Source: Gemmatimonadota bacterium
GTDB taxonomy: Bacteria > Gemmatimonadota > Gemmatimonadetes > Longimicrobiales > Gaopeijiaceae
Direction of reading: 5' to 3'
Assembly: GCA_021295835.1 (NCBI GenBank)
Contig: JAGWBP010000007.1
Location: forward strand, 36,095-100,094
DNA: 64,000 nt
Numbering within the stretch: the stretch's first letter is position 1; each line of letters begins with the position of its first letter. Below, piece after piece: positions 52,250 to 59,876 of the stretch. Under the pieces are notes generated by a model. That model was not told the origin of the DNA and searched no databases. It worked only from the letters and a program-made list of their open reading frames with translations. The translations under genes were made by a program, and so were the position numbers.

Positions 52250-52663
52250 ATGAGGCGCCACAGGCGGGGCCGCGCCGACCTCGGCGTGCGGGCCGAGATC
52301 AACGTGACGAGCCTGGTGGACGTCGCCTTCACCCTCCTGGTCATCTTCATCATCACCGCGCCTGTGATGCAGGGCGGCATCGAGGTCGACGTGCCACGGG
52401 GGCCGGTCAGGGTGATCGAGGCCTCCGACGATCACATCATCGTCGGTGTGGACGCGGCCGGGTCGTACTTCATCGGCTCGGCCCAGGTGGCCGAGGAGAT
52501 GCTCGACGCCACCCTCGGACAGCTCATCCGCGAGCGCAACGCCGACATGGTCTACCTGAAGGGCGACTCCGCAGCGCTGTACGGCCGGGTGGCGCGCGCC
52601 GTCGAGGGGATAGTCGACAGGGATGTGCGTCTCGCGCTGATTCTTAGGGAAGTCGGGCGATGA
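52250..52663 (+). CDS. tolR: ExbD/TolR biopolymer transport protein
   Basis: 137 aa. The N-terminal pattern is EINVTSLVDVAFTLLVIFIIT with the conserved Asp in the TM helix. Confidence 0.8.
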   Translation: MRRHRRGRADLGVRAEINVTSLVDVAFTLLVIFIITAPVMQGGIEVDVPRGPVRVIEASDDHIIVGVDAAGSYFIGSAQVAEEMLDATLGQLIRERNADMVYLKGDSAALYGRVARAVEGIVDRDVRLALILREVGR

Positions 52664-52688
52664 CTGGCCTGTCCGCCGACCGCTCGCG

Positions 52689-53366
52689 GTGAGCGAAGCG
52701 TATTGGTCGGGGCCTCTCGACCGGGGTTCCCTTGTGGCATCGCTCGCCGGGCACGCCCTTGTCCTCGCCCTCATCCTGCTGGTGTTCCCGGTGCTCGACG
52801 ATCCGCCTGTGCTCTACGAGACGGTGGCGGTCGAGATGGTGGCGCTCGCCTCCGAGCCCGAAGACGTGCTTGTGGTCGAGACGCCCGACGACCCGCCCCC
52901 GGTCGAGGACGGGGCACCGTTGCCCGGTCCCGAGCCCGAGCCCGATACCGCCGAGGTGGAGCCCCCCGCCGAGGATCCCGCTCCCGCCGATACCCAGGAG
53001 AGCCAGGAGGTCGCCGAGCCGGACGACGGGGAGGACATGTTGACGCAGCGGGTGGAGGCATTCCGCCGCGACTACCCAGAGTACTTCCAGAACATTACCA
53101 ACTGGATCGAGCGGTGCTTCCGCTGGCAGGGATCCGGTAGGCTCGAGGTGGCCGTCACCTTCAGGGTGCTGCGCGACGGGAGTACGGTCGACATGGAGGT
53201 CGCCACGCCATCCGGAAGCCACGCCTTCGACCAGGAGGCGCTCGGCGCGGTCGAGTGCGCCGGGATGCGTGGCCGCCTGGGCGCCCTTCCCGAGGAGTAT
53301 CCGTACTCGATACTGCCCGTGCACTACACCTTCACGCCGCGGGCGGGGTTGGGTTCGGGCGAGTGA
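52689..53366 (+). CDS. TolA/TonB-like protein (TM anchor, Pro/Glu-rich linker, TonB_C-like domain)
   Basis: GTG start. The TM helix is LVASLAGHALVLALILLVF, the linker is PDDPPPVEDGAPLPGPEPEPD..., and there is a C-terminal globular domain. Confidence 0.6.
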   Translation: MSEAYWSGPLDRGSLVASLAGHALVLALILLVFPVLDDPPVLYETVAVEMVALASEPEDVLVVETPDDPPPVEDGAPLPGPEPEPDTAEVEPPAEDPAPADTQESQEVAEPDDGEDMLTQRVEAFRRDYPEYFQNITNWIERCFRWQGSGRLEVAVTFRVLRDGSTVDMEVATPSGSHAFDQEALGAVECAGMRGRLGALPEEYPYSILPVHYTFTPRAGLGSGE

Positions 53367-53395
53367 GCGCAGAGGTCGCCACCTTCGCCGCCACA

Positions 53396-54790
53396 ATGAA
53401 GGCTGCGACCTTCCGCGCGGTTGCGCCGGGGGCTATCTGCGCCCTTGCGTTGGTCCCGGCAGCGGCCCTTGGGGCGCAGGAGACGGCCGTTCCCGGCGTC
53501 TCGCTGGGGCTCCTCTACAGGAACATCTATGTGCCGCCAATCGCGGTGAAGCCCTTCGCGGTCGAATCTCCGGGCGAGGAGGCGCTGGGGCGCGAGATCG
53601 AGATGATCATAGCCCAGGATCTCGACTTCAGCGACCGCTTCCTGGTGCGCGACAGTCTCCCCACGGAGTTCTCCGGCCAGGGGGTTCAGTATGAGCTCTG
53701 GGAGCAGTTCGAGGTTGACTGGCTGCTCGCCGGGTCACTTGCGGCCAATCCCACCGGCGAGGGCTGGGTGCTGACTCTGGAGGCGCACGACATCGTCTAC
53801 GGCAGCCTGCAGGACAGGGGGACGTTCCCGATCCCGGAGAGTGGTTCCGCCAGCTTCCGCATGGCGGTGCATACGGCTTCCGACGCGATCGTCGAGTGGG
53901 TCACCGGCGAGGTCGGAATTGCCGCCACGCGGGTCGTCTTCGCCATGCGGGCCTTCGGCGAGCAACGCGGGAAGGAGCTCTACATAGTCGACTCCGACGG
54001 CGAGAACCTGCGCCGCCTGACGTGGGACCAGAGCCTAGTGGCGTCGCCCGTCTGGTCGCCCGACGGCACGCGCATAGCCTACTCCTCCTGGAAGGCGGGT
54101 TCGGCACGGCTCTACGAGCGGCACCTCCGGACCGGAGCTGACCGTGCGCTCGTCCCGGAGGGGGCCGGGCAGCAGCTCACGCCCACCTACCATCCAGATG
54201 GCGGCGAAGTCGTCTTCGCGGTGATCGGGGCCGAGCCGAGGGGACTCTACAGCTACGACGCGGACCGCAACTGCTGCCTGACGCACCTGGGCGGGGGCGC
54301 GTACCACGACATCTCGCCCGGCTACTCGCCGGACGGCTCCGAGATCGTCTTCATGTCGAATCGGCTCGGGGTGGCGACGCCGCAGGTCTACGTCGGCAAA
54401 CCGGTGCGCGGCAACGTACCCGAACTGCTGTCGCCGTACCGGTACGGCGACGGTGGTTACTTCGCAGATCCCGACTGGTCGCCGACCTCGAGCAGAGTCG
54501 CCTTCTCGGGCGGTATCGCCCAGCGGCGCCAGGCGAACCGCTACCACATCTTCGTGGCCGACGTCGAGCGGGGCGACAACTGGTTGGTGCAGCTCACCCA
54601 GGAGGGCAACAACGAGGACCCCAGCTGGGCGGTCGATGGGCGTCACATCGTCTTTTCGGGTCGGCGCGACTACGGCTCCGGCGTCTTTGTGGTCGATGCC
54701 ATCACCGGGCGGACCCGCGTGCTGGTCGCCAACGTAGAGGCAGCCGACCCGGACTGGTCGCCCATCCTCGCGGACGGCACTACAAGGTGA
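53396..54790 (+). CDS. tolB: Tol-Pal system beta-propeller protein TolB
   Basis: ATG 53396 gives a clean signal peptide (MKAATFRAVAPGAICALALVPAAALGAQE). In-frame GTG 53363 (GTGA overlap) is an alternative. PD40 repeats include SPVWSPDGTRIAYSS, YSPDGSEIVFMSNR and DPSWAVDGRHIVFSG. Confidence 0.85.
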   Translation: MKAATFRAVAPGAICALALVPAAALGAQETAVPGVSLGLLYRNIYVPPIAVKPFAVESPGEEALGREIEMIIAQDLDFSDRFLVRDSLPTEFSGQGVQYELWEQFEVDWLLAGSLAANPTGEGWVLTLEAHDIVYGSLQDRGTFPIPESGSASFRMAVHTASDAIVEWVTGEVGIAATRVVFAMRAFGEQRGKELYIVDSDGENLRRLTWDQSLVASPVWSPDGTRIAYSSWKAGSARLYERHLRTGADRALVPEGAGQQLTPTYHPDGGEVVFAVIGAEPRGLYSYDADRNCCLTHLGGGAYHDISPGYSPDGSEIVFMSNRLGVATPQVYVGKPVRGNVPELLSPYRYGDGGYFADPDWSPTSSRVAFSGGIAQRRQANRYHIFVADVERGDNWLVQLTQEGNNEDPSWAVDGRHIVFSGRRDYGSGVFVVDAITGRTRVLVANVEAADPDWSPILADGTTR

Positions 54791-55076
54791 CGGAGGCCGT
54801 CGCGGCCCACCATCCTGCCAGGACGCTCCTGCGAGTCTTTTCCAGTCCGGAGATGAGCAGAGTGTCACGATCATGCTCCCATAGTCTGCTCGCACCCCCG
54901 CTCACCCTCACTTCCCGTCGGAAACCGGCTCCCCGCTCATGCCCACTCCTCATTGGACAACGCTGGGGATTGATCGCCGTGGCGTGCTCCGGTAGTTTGA
55001 GCAGCGTGCGTCAGGTGGTCTCCGGCGCGCAGCAGCCTGGTTCTACAAGCCCCTGCCGCTCTGAAGGAGGTCTCGT

Positions 55077-56468
55077 TTGGGACGCCCCGACGAAGCTGGA
55101 GCACCGGAGGAAACATCAGCGCCCGAGCCCGGGAAGGGTCCAAGGGGCCGACCGGTCAGCCGCAGGGCCCTAATCCGCAGCACAGTCGGGGCGCTCGCCG
55201 GGGTCCCGTTGGTGGGTGGACTGGCAGCCGGAGACGGCCTCCGTCGCCCCCCCGGTAGGCATCTCCGCCGCCCGAAGGCCAGCTCCGACGACGAGATCGT
55301 GCTGGGCATCTCGGCTGCCTTCTCGGGGCCGTCGCGTGCGTTGGGCACCGAGCTATATCGCGGTTCGATGGCGTACTTCAGCCACCTGAACGAAAACGGG
55401 GGCGTCAACGGGCGCAGGCTGTCGCTCAAACTGCTCGACGACGGCTACCAGCCCGATCCATGCGTCGCCAACACGATCGAGCTCATGCGGGACGACAGCG
55501 TCTTCCTCCTCTTCAACTACGTCGGCACCCCGACGGTCACCCGTGCGCTCCCGGTCCTCAAGAAGTTCCGCGACCAGCAGGTCTACCTCTTCTTCCCCTT
55601 CACGGGCGCGGAGCCGCAGCGCGAGCCGCCCTACGGCGAGTTCGCCTTCAACTTGCGCGCGTCGTACCGCCAGGAGACTGCCGGGCTGGTCGACAACTTC
55701 CTCGCGATCGGGCGTCGCCGGGTGGCCGTCTTCTACCAGAACGACGCCTACGGACGGAGCGGATGGGCCGGGGTGCGCGAGGCGCTCGCAGCCCACGGGG
55801 AGACGATCGTCGGCGAGGCCACCTATACGCGCGGGACCCAGTTCGACTCCAGCATGCGGCGCCAGGTCGAGGTCCTCGAGCGCCGTTCGCCGGACGCCAT
55901 AATCTGCATCGGCGCCTATGCGGCTTGCGCCGCCTTCGCCCGTGACGCCGAGGAGCTGGGTCTGCACGTGCCGGTCGCCAACGTTTCCTTCGTGGGCAGC
56001 GAGAATCTGCTCGCCCTGATGTCAGAGGAACGCAGAGACGCGGGGTCGCACACCCGCTGGCTCGTAAACTCGCAGGTTGTGCCGAGCTACGCCGACACCT
56101 CGCTTCCTGCGGTTCGCGAATACCACGAGCTGATGGCCCGCTTCGATCCGCCGCCGCCCACGCCCGACCAGGTCTCCCGCATCGTCGAGGGCGAGGAGTA
56201 TGAGACGGTCCCGCAGAGCTTCGTCAGCCTCGAGGGCTTCCTCAACGCGAAGCTGATCGCCGAGATCATCCGGCGGATGGGGGACGACCCGCGCCGATCG
56301 CGCATCGAGGACGCCGTCTTCCAGGTCCGCGACTACGACCTCGGCGTCGGCGAGCGGGTGCGCTTCGGGCCTGGGCGGCGCCAGGGGCTGCAACGGGTCT
56401 ACTACACCTTCCCCGAAGACGGGCGCTTCGTGCCGCTCGACGACTGGGGCGCGAGGTTCGGGGCGTGA
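55077..56468 (+). CDS. Periplasmic type-1 solute-binding protein (Leu/Ile/Val-binding-like) with Tat-type signal
   Basis: TTG start with GAAGGAGG 6 nt upstream. It has the twin-arginine signal SRRALIRSTVGALAGVP and a PBP1 pattern (VLGISAAFSGPSRALG..., VAVFYQNDAYGRSG). Confidence 0.8.
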   Translation: MGRPDEAGAPEETSAPEPGKGPRGRPVSRRALIRSTVGALAGVPLVGGLAAGDGLRRPPGRHLRRPKASSDDEIVLGISAAFSGPSRALGTELYRGSMAYFSHLNENGGVNGRRLSLKLLDDGYQPDPCVANTIELMRDDSVFLLFNYVGTPTVTRALPVLKKFRDQQVYLFFPFTGAEPQREPPYGEFAFNLRASYRQETAGLVDNFLAIGRRRVAVFYQNDAYGRSGWAGVREALAAHGETIVGEATYTRGTQFDSSMRRQVEVLERRSPDAIICIGAYAACAAFARDAEELGLHVPVANVSFVGSENLLALMSEERRDAGSHTRWLVNSQVVPSYADTSLPAVREYHELMARFDPPPPTPDQVSRIVEGEEYETVPQSFVSLEGFLNAKLIAEIIRRMGDDPRRSRIEDAVFQVRDYDLGVGERVRFGPGRRQGLQRVYYTFPEDGRFVPLDDWGARFGA

Positions 56469-57211
56469 GCGCCAAGCGCAAGGACGAGCTCAGGGTCCGG
56501 AAGCTCTTCCGCAAGACCCGCTTCGGCTCCGCCGCGCTCTTCGGCCTGGTGGTCCTCTCGATCTCGGTGCTCTCGATCCGCACCGTGTCGCGCGAGCTGC
56601 GCGACGAGTACGTGGGCAACAGCGAGAGCATCGCCAAGAACATCGCCGACTCGAGTGTAGATATCCTCCTCAACCGCAACCTCGCGACGCTGCAGTCGCT
56701 GATCGACCAGTTCGTCCAGATCCAGAGCATCCGCTACATCTACATCACTAGCGACGAGGGCGAGTTCCTGGCGCACACCTTCGTCCCGGGCATTCCGGAC
56801 CAGATCCTCGAGAGCGATCCCTCGGTCAACGAGCCGGTGGAGCGCAGCATTCCCGGCCTCGGCGACTTCGTCGAGGTCGGCAGCCCCATCCTGTCGGGAG
56901 TCGCCGGCAACGTGCACGTCGGAATGGACCTCGAGCTCCTGGGGCTCAAGATCCAGCGGGCCGTCGGGCAGCAAGTCTACCTGCTCTGCATCATCCTCGT
57001 CGTCGGCGTCCTGGCGACGCTCTGGCTGGTTAGGCTCGCCTCGAGGCCGCTGGCGCAGCTGCTCGGCTACACGACCGTGCTCGCCCACTCGCGCCAGCGA
57101 GGCACTACACCGCACGACCCGATCCTCGGGCGCGACGACGAGATCGGCGACATGGCCCGCCTGATGCACTTCGCGGCCGTCGGGGATCCAGGCGGTGACG
57201 AGAGCGAATAG
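56465..57211 (+). CDS. Membrane sensor-like protein ending in a HAMP domain (no output domain)
   Basis: The GTG overlaps the upstream TGA (GTGA). The layout is TM1 (ALFGLVVLSISVLSI), a ~150-aa extracytoplasmic region, TM2 (VYLLCIILVVGVLATLWLV), then HAMP-like RLASRPLAQLL...RDDEIGDMARLM, then the stop. Confidence 0.6.
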   Translation: MSAKRKDELRVRKLFRKTRFGSAALFGLVVLSISVLSIRTVSRELRDEYVGNSESIAKNIADSSVDILLNRNLATLQSLIDQFVQIQSIRYIYITSDEGEFLAHTFVPGIPDQILESDPSVNEPVERSIPGLGDFVEVGSPILSGVAGNVHVGMDLELLGLKIQRAVGQQVYLLCIILVVGVLATLWLVRLASRPLAQLLGYTTVLAHSRQRGTTPHDPILGRDDEIGDMARLMHFAAVGDPGGDESE

Positions 57212-57250
57212 CGGCCCATCGACGGCTCCCACGGCCGAGGCTAGCTGACG

Positions 57251-58591
57251 GTGTTCAGCGCGAGCGCACAGGTGCCACGCTTCGTGATCGCGTTTTTTTG
57301 CACCGTCCTGCAGGTGTGCCTAGGCACCGTCTACGCCTGGAGCTTCTTCCAGACGATGCTGGTCCGCGGCTTCGGGTGGAGCTTCAGCCAGACCGCGGCC
57401 GCATTCAGCATCACCATCTTCTCGCTCGGCGTCTCGGCCGCGATCTCGGGGCAGGCGCTTCCCAAGCTCGGACCCCGGATTCTGGCGCTCACGGGCTGCC
57501 TCCTCTTCTCGGGCGGCTACCTGCTGGCGAGTCTGGCGCTCTCGCTCGACGCGATCTGGCTCTTCTACCTCGGCTACGGGGTCGTCGGCGGTGCCGGGAT
57601 CGGCATGGGCTACGTGACCCCAGTCGCGACCGTCGCCAGGTGGTTCCCGGACCGGAAGGGTCTCATGACCGGGATCGTAGTGATGGGATTCGGGGTCGGT
57701 GCGCTCTTCCTCAGCAAGGTGCTCGCGCCACTCCTGATCGTGAGGACCGCAGGCGATCTGCAGGCGGTCTTCCTCTGGCTGGGGGTCTTCTTCGCGTGCG
57801 TGCTCGTGCCGAGCAGCCTAGTGCTCCGCAATCCGCCCGCGGAGGGTCCGCCGCCGGTCGGAGGCAACTCCCGCGCGGGCACCTCCCGGCCAACCGCCAA
57901 GCCGCCGCCGATAGGCGAACCGGCTGCACCCTACCTGAAGACGTTGCAGTTCTCGATCATGTGGACGGTCCTCTTCTTCAACATCGCGGCCGGTCTCTCG
58001 GTGATCAGCTTCCAGTCCGAGCTGCTGCAAGAGGTGTGGGGCCTCGCCGACCCGGCCGTCGGTCCGGGCAGGCTCGCCGAATACGGCGCAACGCTGATCG
58101 CCGCTAGCTCCGTCTGCAACGGGCTTGGCCGGCTCTTCTGGGGGATGCTCTCGGACCGGATCGGCCAGGTGCGCGTCTTCCGCATCCTGCTCGCGAGCCA
58201 GATGGTGGTCTTCGGCATCCTGATGACCGAAGCGAACCCTTGGATCTTCTCGGCCCTCGTCTGCTACGTGCTCTTCTGCTTCGGTGGCGGCTTCGCGACG
58301 ATGCCCTCCTTCGTGATCGACGTCTTCGGAGCGCGCGTCATGTCCAAGATGTACGGCACCGTGCTGACCGCCTGGGCCGCAGCGGGGATCATCGGACCGA
58401 TGTACATCGGGTATCTCAAGGACAACTACCCGGACCGCGCCGTCATGTACTGCTTTCTGATCGGAATCCTGATGCTCGTTGCAGGCTACGTCTGCTCGTA
58501 CATGCTCGGCGACAGCCGCATCCGGGTCGGGCGTCCAACCTTGGGGCAGACGCTCAGGCGCTACGGGGTGGCCGTGAATGCAAAATTGTAA
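57251..58591 (+). CDS. MFS transporter, oxalate/formate antiporter (OFA)-like
   Basis: 446 aa with a GTG start. It has the OFA-like N-terminus CLGTVYAWSFFQ and 12 TM helices. Its TAA stop lies inside motif copy C. Confidence 0.8.
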   Translation: MFSASAQVPRFVIAFFCTVLQVCLGTVYAWSFFQTMLVRGFGWSFSQTAAAFSITIFSLGVSAAISGQALPKLGPRILALTGCLLFSGGYLLASLALSLDAIWLFYLGYGVVGGAGIGMGYVTPVATVARWFPDRKGLMTGIVVMGFGVGALFLSKVLAPLLIVRTAGDLQAVFLWLGVFFACVLVPSSLVLRNPPAEGPPPVGGNSRAGTSRPTAKPPPIGEPAAPYLKTLQFSIMWTVLFFNIAAGLSVISFQSELLQEVWGLADPAVGPGRLAEYGATLIAASSVCNGLGRLFWGMLSDRIGQVRVFRILLASQMVVFGILMTEANPWIFSALVCYVLFCFGGGFATMPSFVIDVFGARVMSKMYGTVLTAWAAAGIIGPMYIGYLKDNYPDRAVMYCFLIGILMLVAGYVCSYMLGDSRIRVGRPTLGQTLRRYGVAVNAKL

Positions 58592-58625
58592 ACCGTAGTA
58601 GTCATGTTGTAATCTACAGTTTACA
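58587..58625 (+). promoter_or_regulatory. AT-rich composite motif, copy C, filling the gap between convergent genes
   Basis: TGTAAaccgtagtagtcatgtTGTAAtctacagtTTACA. The first TGTAA contains the MFS TAA stop (58589-91). The last base of the motif abuts the TGA of the minus-strand dehydratase gene (58626-28). Confidence 0.6.
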
Positions 58626-59876
58626 TCACTTTAGTTCGTCCACGGTGTGGCCGAGCTTGCGCAGCTCGTGGACGATCTTCGCCACATGGTCCCGGCCCCG
58701 CGTCTCGATCCTCATCTCGATTCCGACCTTGCCGACCGAAATGTCGCCGAAGGCGCGCGTATGCTCGATGTGGAGCACGTTGGCACCCGCGATCGCGACG
58801 ACTCCCGTGACCTCGTTCAGGTAGCCGGGACGGTCGCGCACCACCACTGCGAGGCTCGCCAGACGGCCGTCGGCCCAGAGACCTCTGTCGATGATGCGCG
58901 ACACGACATTCATGTCGATGTTCCCTCCCGAGAGCACGCACACCACCGAGTCGCCTGTCGCGACGGGCACCTTGCCTGCGAGCAGCGCTGCGACAGCGAC
59001 CGCACCCGCCCCCTCGACCACCAGCTTCTCACGCTCGAGGAGGAAGAAGATGGCGCGAATGATCTCCTCCTCGCTCACGACGACCATCTCGTCGACGAGC
59101 GCCTCGAGGTGAGGGTAGGCGACTCTCCCGATCCGCTTCACGGCGATTCCGTCGGCGAGCGTGTCGCCTGTCTGGATCTCCCTGGGCTTGCCCGCCTCCA
59201 GCGATCGCATCGCCGCAGCCGCACGGGCGGCCTCGACTCCCACGATTCGTATGCCCGCTCGCAGATCCTTCACCGCGGTGGCGACTCCCGAGATCATACC
59301 GCCTCCGCCGACCGGGACCACGATCGCGGTCACATCGGGGATCTGCTCCAGGATCTCGAGTCCCATCGTCCCCTGCCCCGCCATCACCTCCAGGTCGTCG
59401 AAGGGGTGCACCAGGGTGAGCCCCTCCTCCTGGACGAGCCGGTCCACGACGGCCGCCCCGTCCGAAAGGGTGTCGCCCCGCTGGATCACGCGGGCCCCGG
59501 CGGCGCGGGTGTTCCCAACCTTGATGAGCGGGGCGTCTCGGGGCATGACGATCGTGCACGGCACCCCCAGCCTCGCCGCGTGACGCGCGAGCGCCTGGGC
59601 GTGATTGCCCGCACTGGCCGCGACGACGCCCTGGGCGAGCGCGGAGGGGGCGAGCGAGAGGAGCTTGTTGAGCGAGCCCCGGTCCTTGAAGGAGCCCGTG
59701 CGCTGACGGAGCTCCGCCTTCAGATGGACGCGCTCGCCCACCCGTTCCTCGAGCGCAAATGACCTCGGGCACCCGGTGCGCACCACCTGGCTGGCGATGC
59801 GGCGGCGGGCAGCGGCTACCTGGGCCGGGGCGAGAATGGGGAAGCCGTGGTGGAGTCCGGTTGCGGTGCCAATCAG
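58626..59876 (-). CDS. ilvA: Threonine ammonia-lyase (threonine dehydratase) with C-terminal ACT-like domain
   Basis: PLP-site region TGSFKDRGSLNKL, motif VVAASAGNHAQA, and a C-terminal regulatory domain. Conserved N-terminal sequence (ILAPAQVAAARRRIASQVVRT) begins right at the sucA stop. The only start there is CTG 59876 (CTGA overlap). The next canonical start is GTG 59786. Confidence 0.75.
   Translation of the reverse strand: MIGTATGLHHGFPILAPAQVAAARRRIASQVVRTGCPRSFALEERVGERVHLKAELRQRTGSFKDRGSLNKLLSLAPSALAQGVVAASAGNHAQALARHAARLGVPCTIVMPRDAPLIKVGNTRAAGARVIQRGDTLSDGAAVVDRLVQEEGLTLVHPFDDLEVMAGQGTMGLEILEQIPDVTAIVVPVGGGGMISGVATAVKDLRAGIRIVGVEAARAAAAMRSLEAGKPREIQTGDTLADGIAVKRIGRVAYPHLEALVDEMVVVSEEEIIRAIFFLLEREKLVVEGAGAVAVAALLAGKVPVATGDSVVCVLSGGNIDMNVVSRIIDRGLWADGRLASLAVVVRDRPGYLNEVTGVVAIAGANVLHIEHTRAFGDISVGKVGIEMRIETRGRDHVAKIVHELRKLGHTVDELK

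Noticed and set aside
54787-55173. The 128-aa ORF after tolB as a candidate Pal
   Set aside because: It has no signal peptide, lipobox or OmpA-like peptidoglycan-binding motif. Its composition is Ser/Arg/Pro-rich, and it overlaps the well-supported TTG start and SD of the binding-protein gene.
58587-58625. The AT-rich motif as a chromosome dimer resolution (dif/XerCD) site
   Set aside because: There is a superficial resemblance to AT-rich dif cores, but four copies occur within 45 kb and the arm sequences do not match the dif consensus as I recall it. dif is expected once per replicon.
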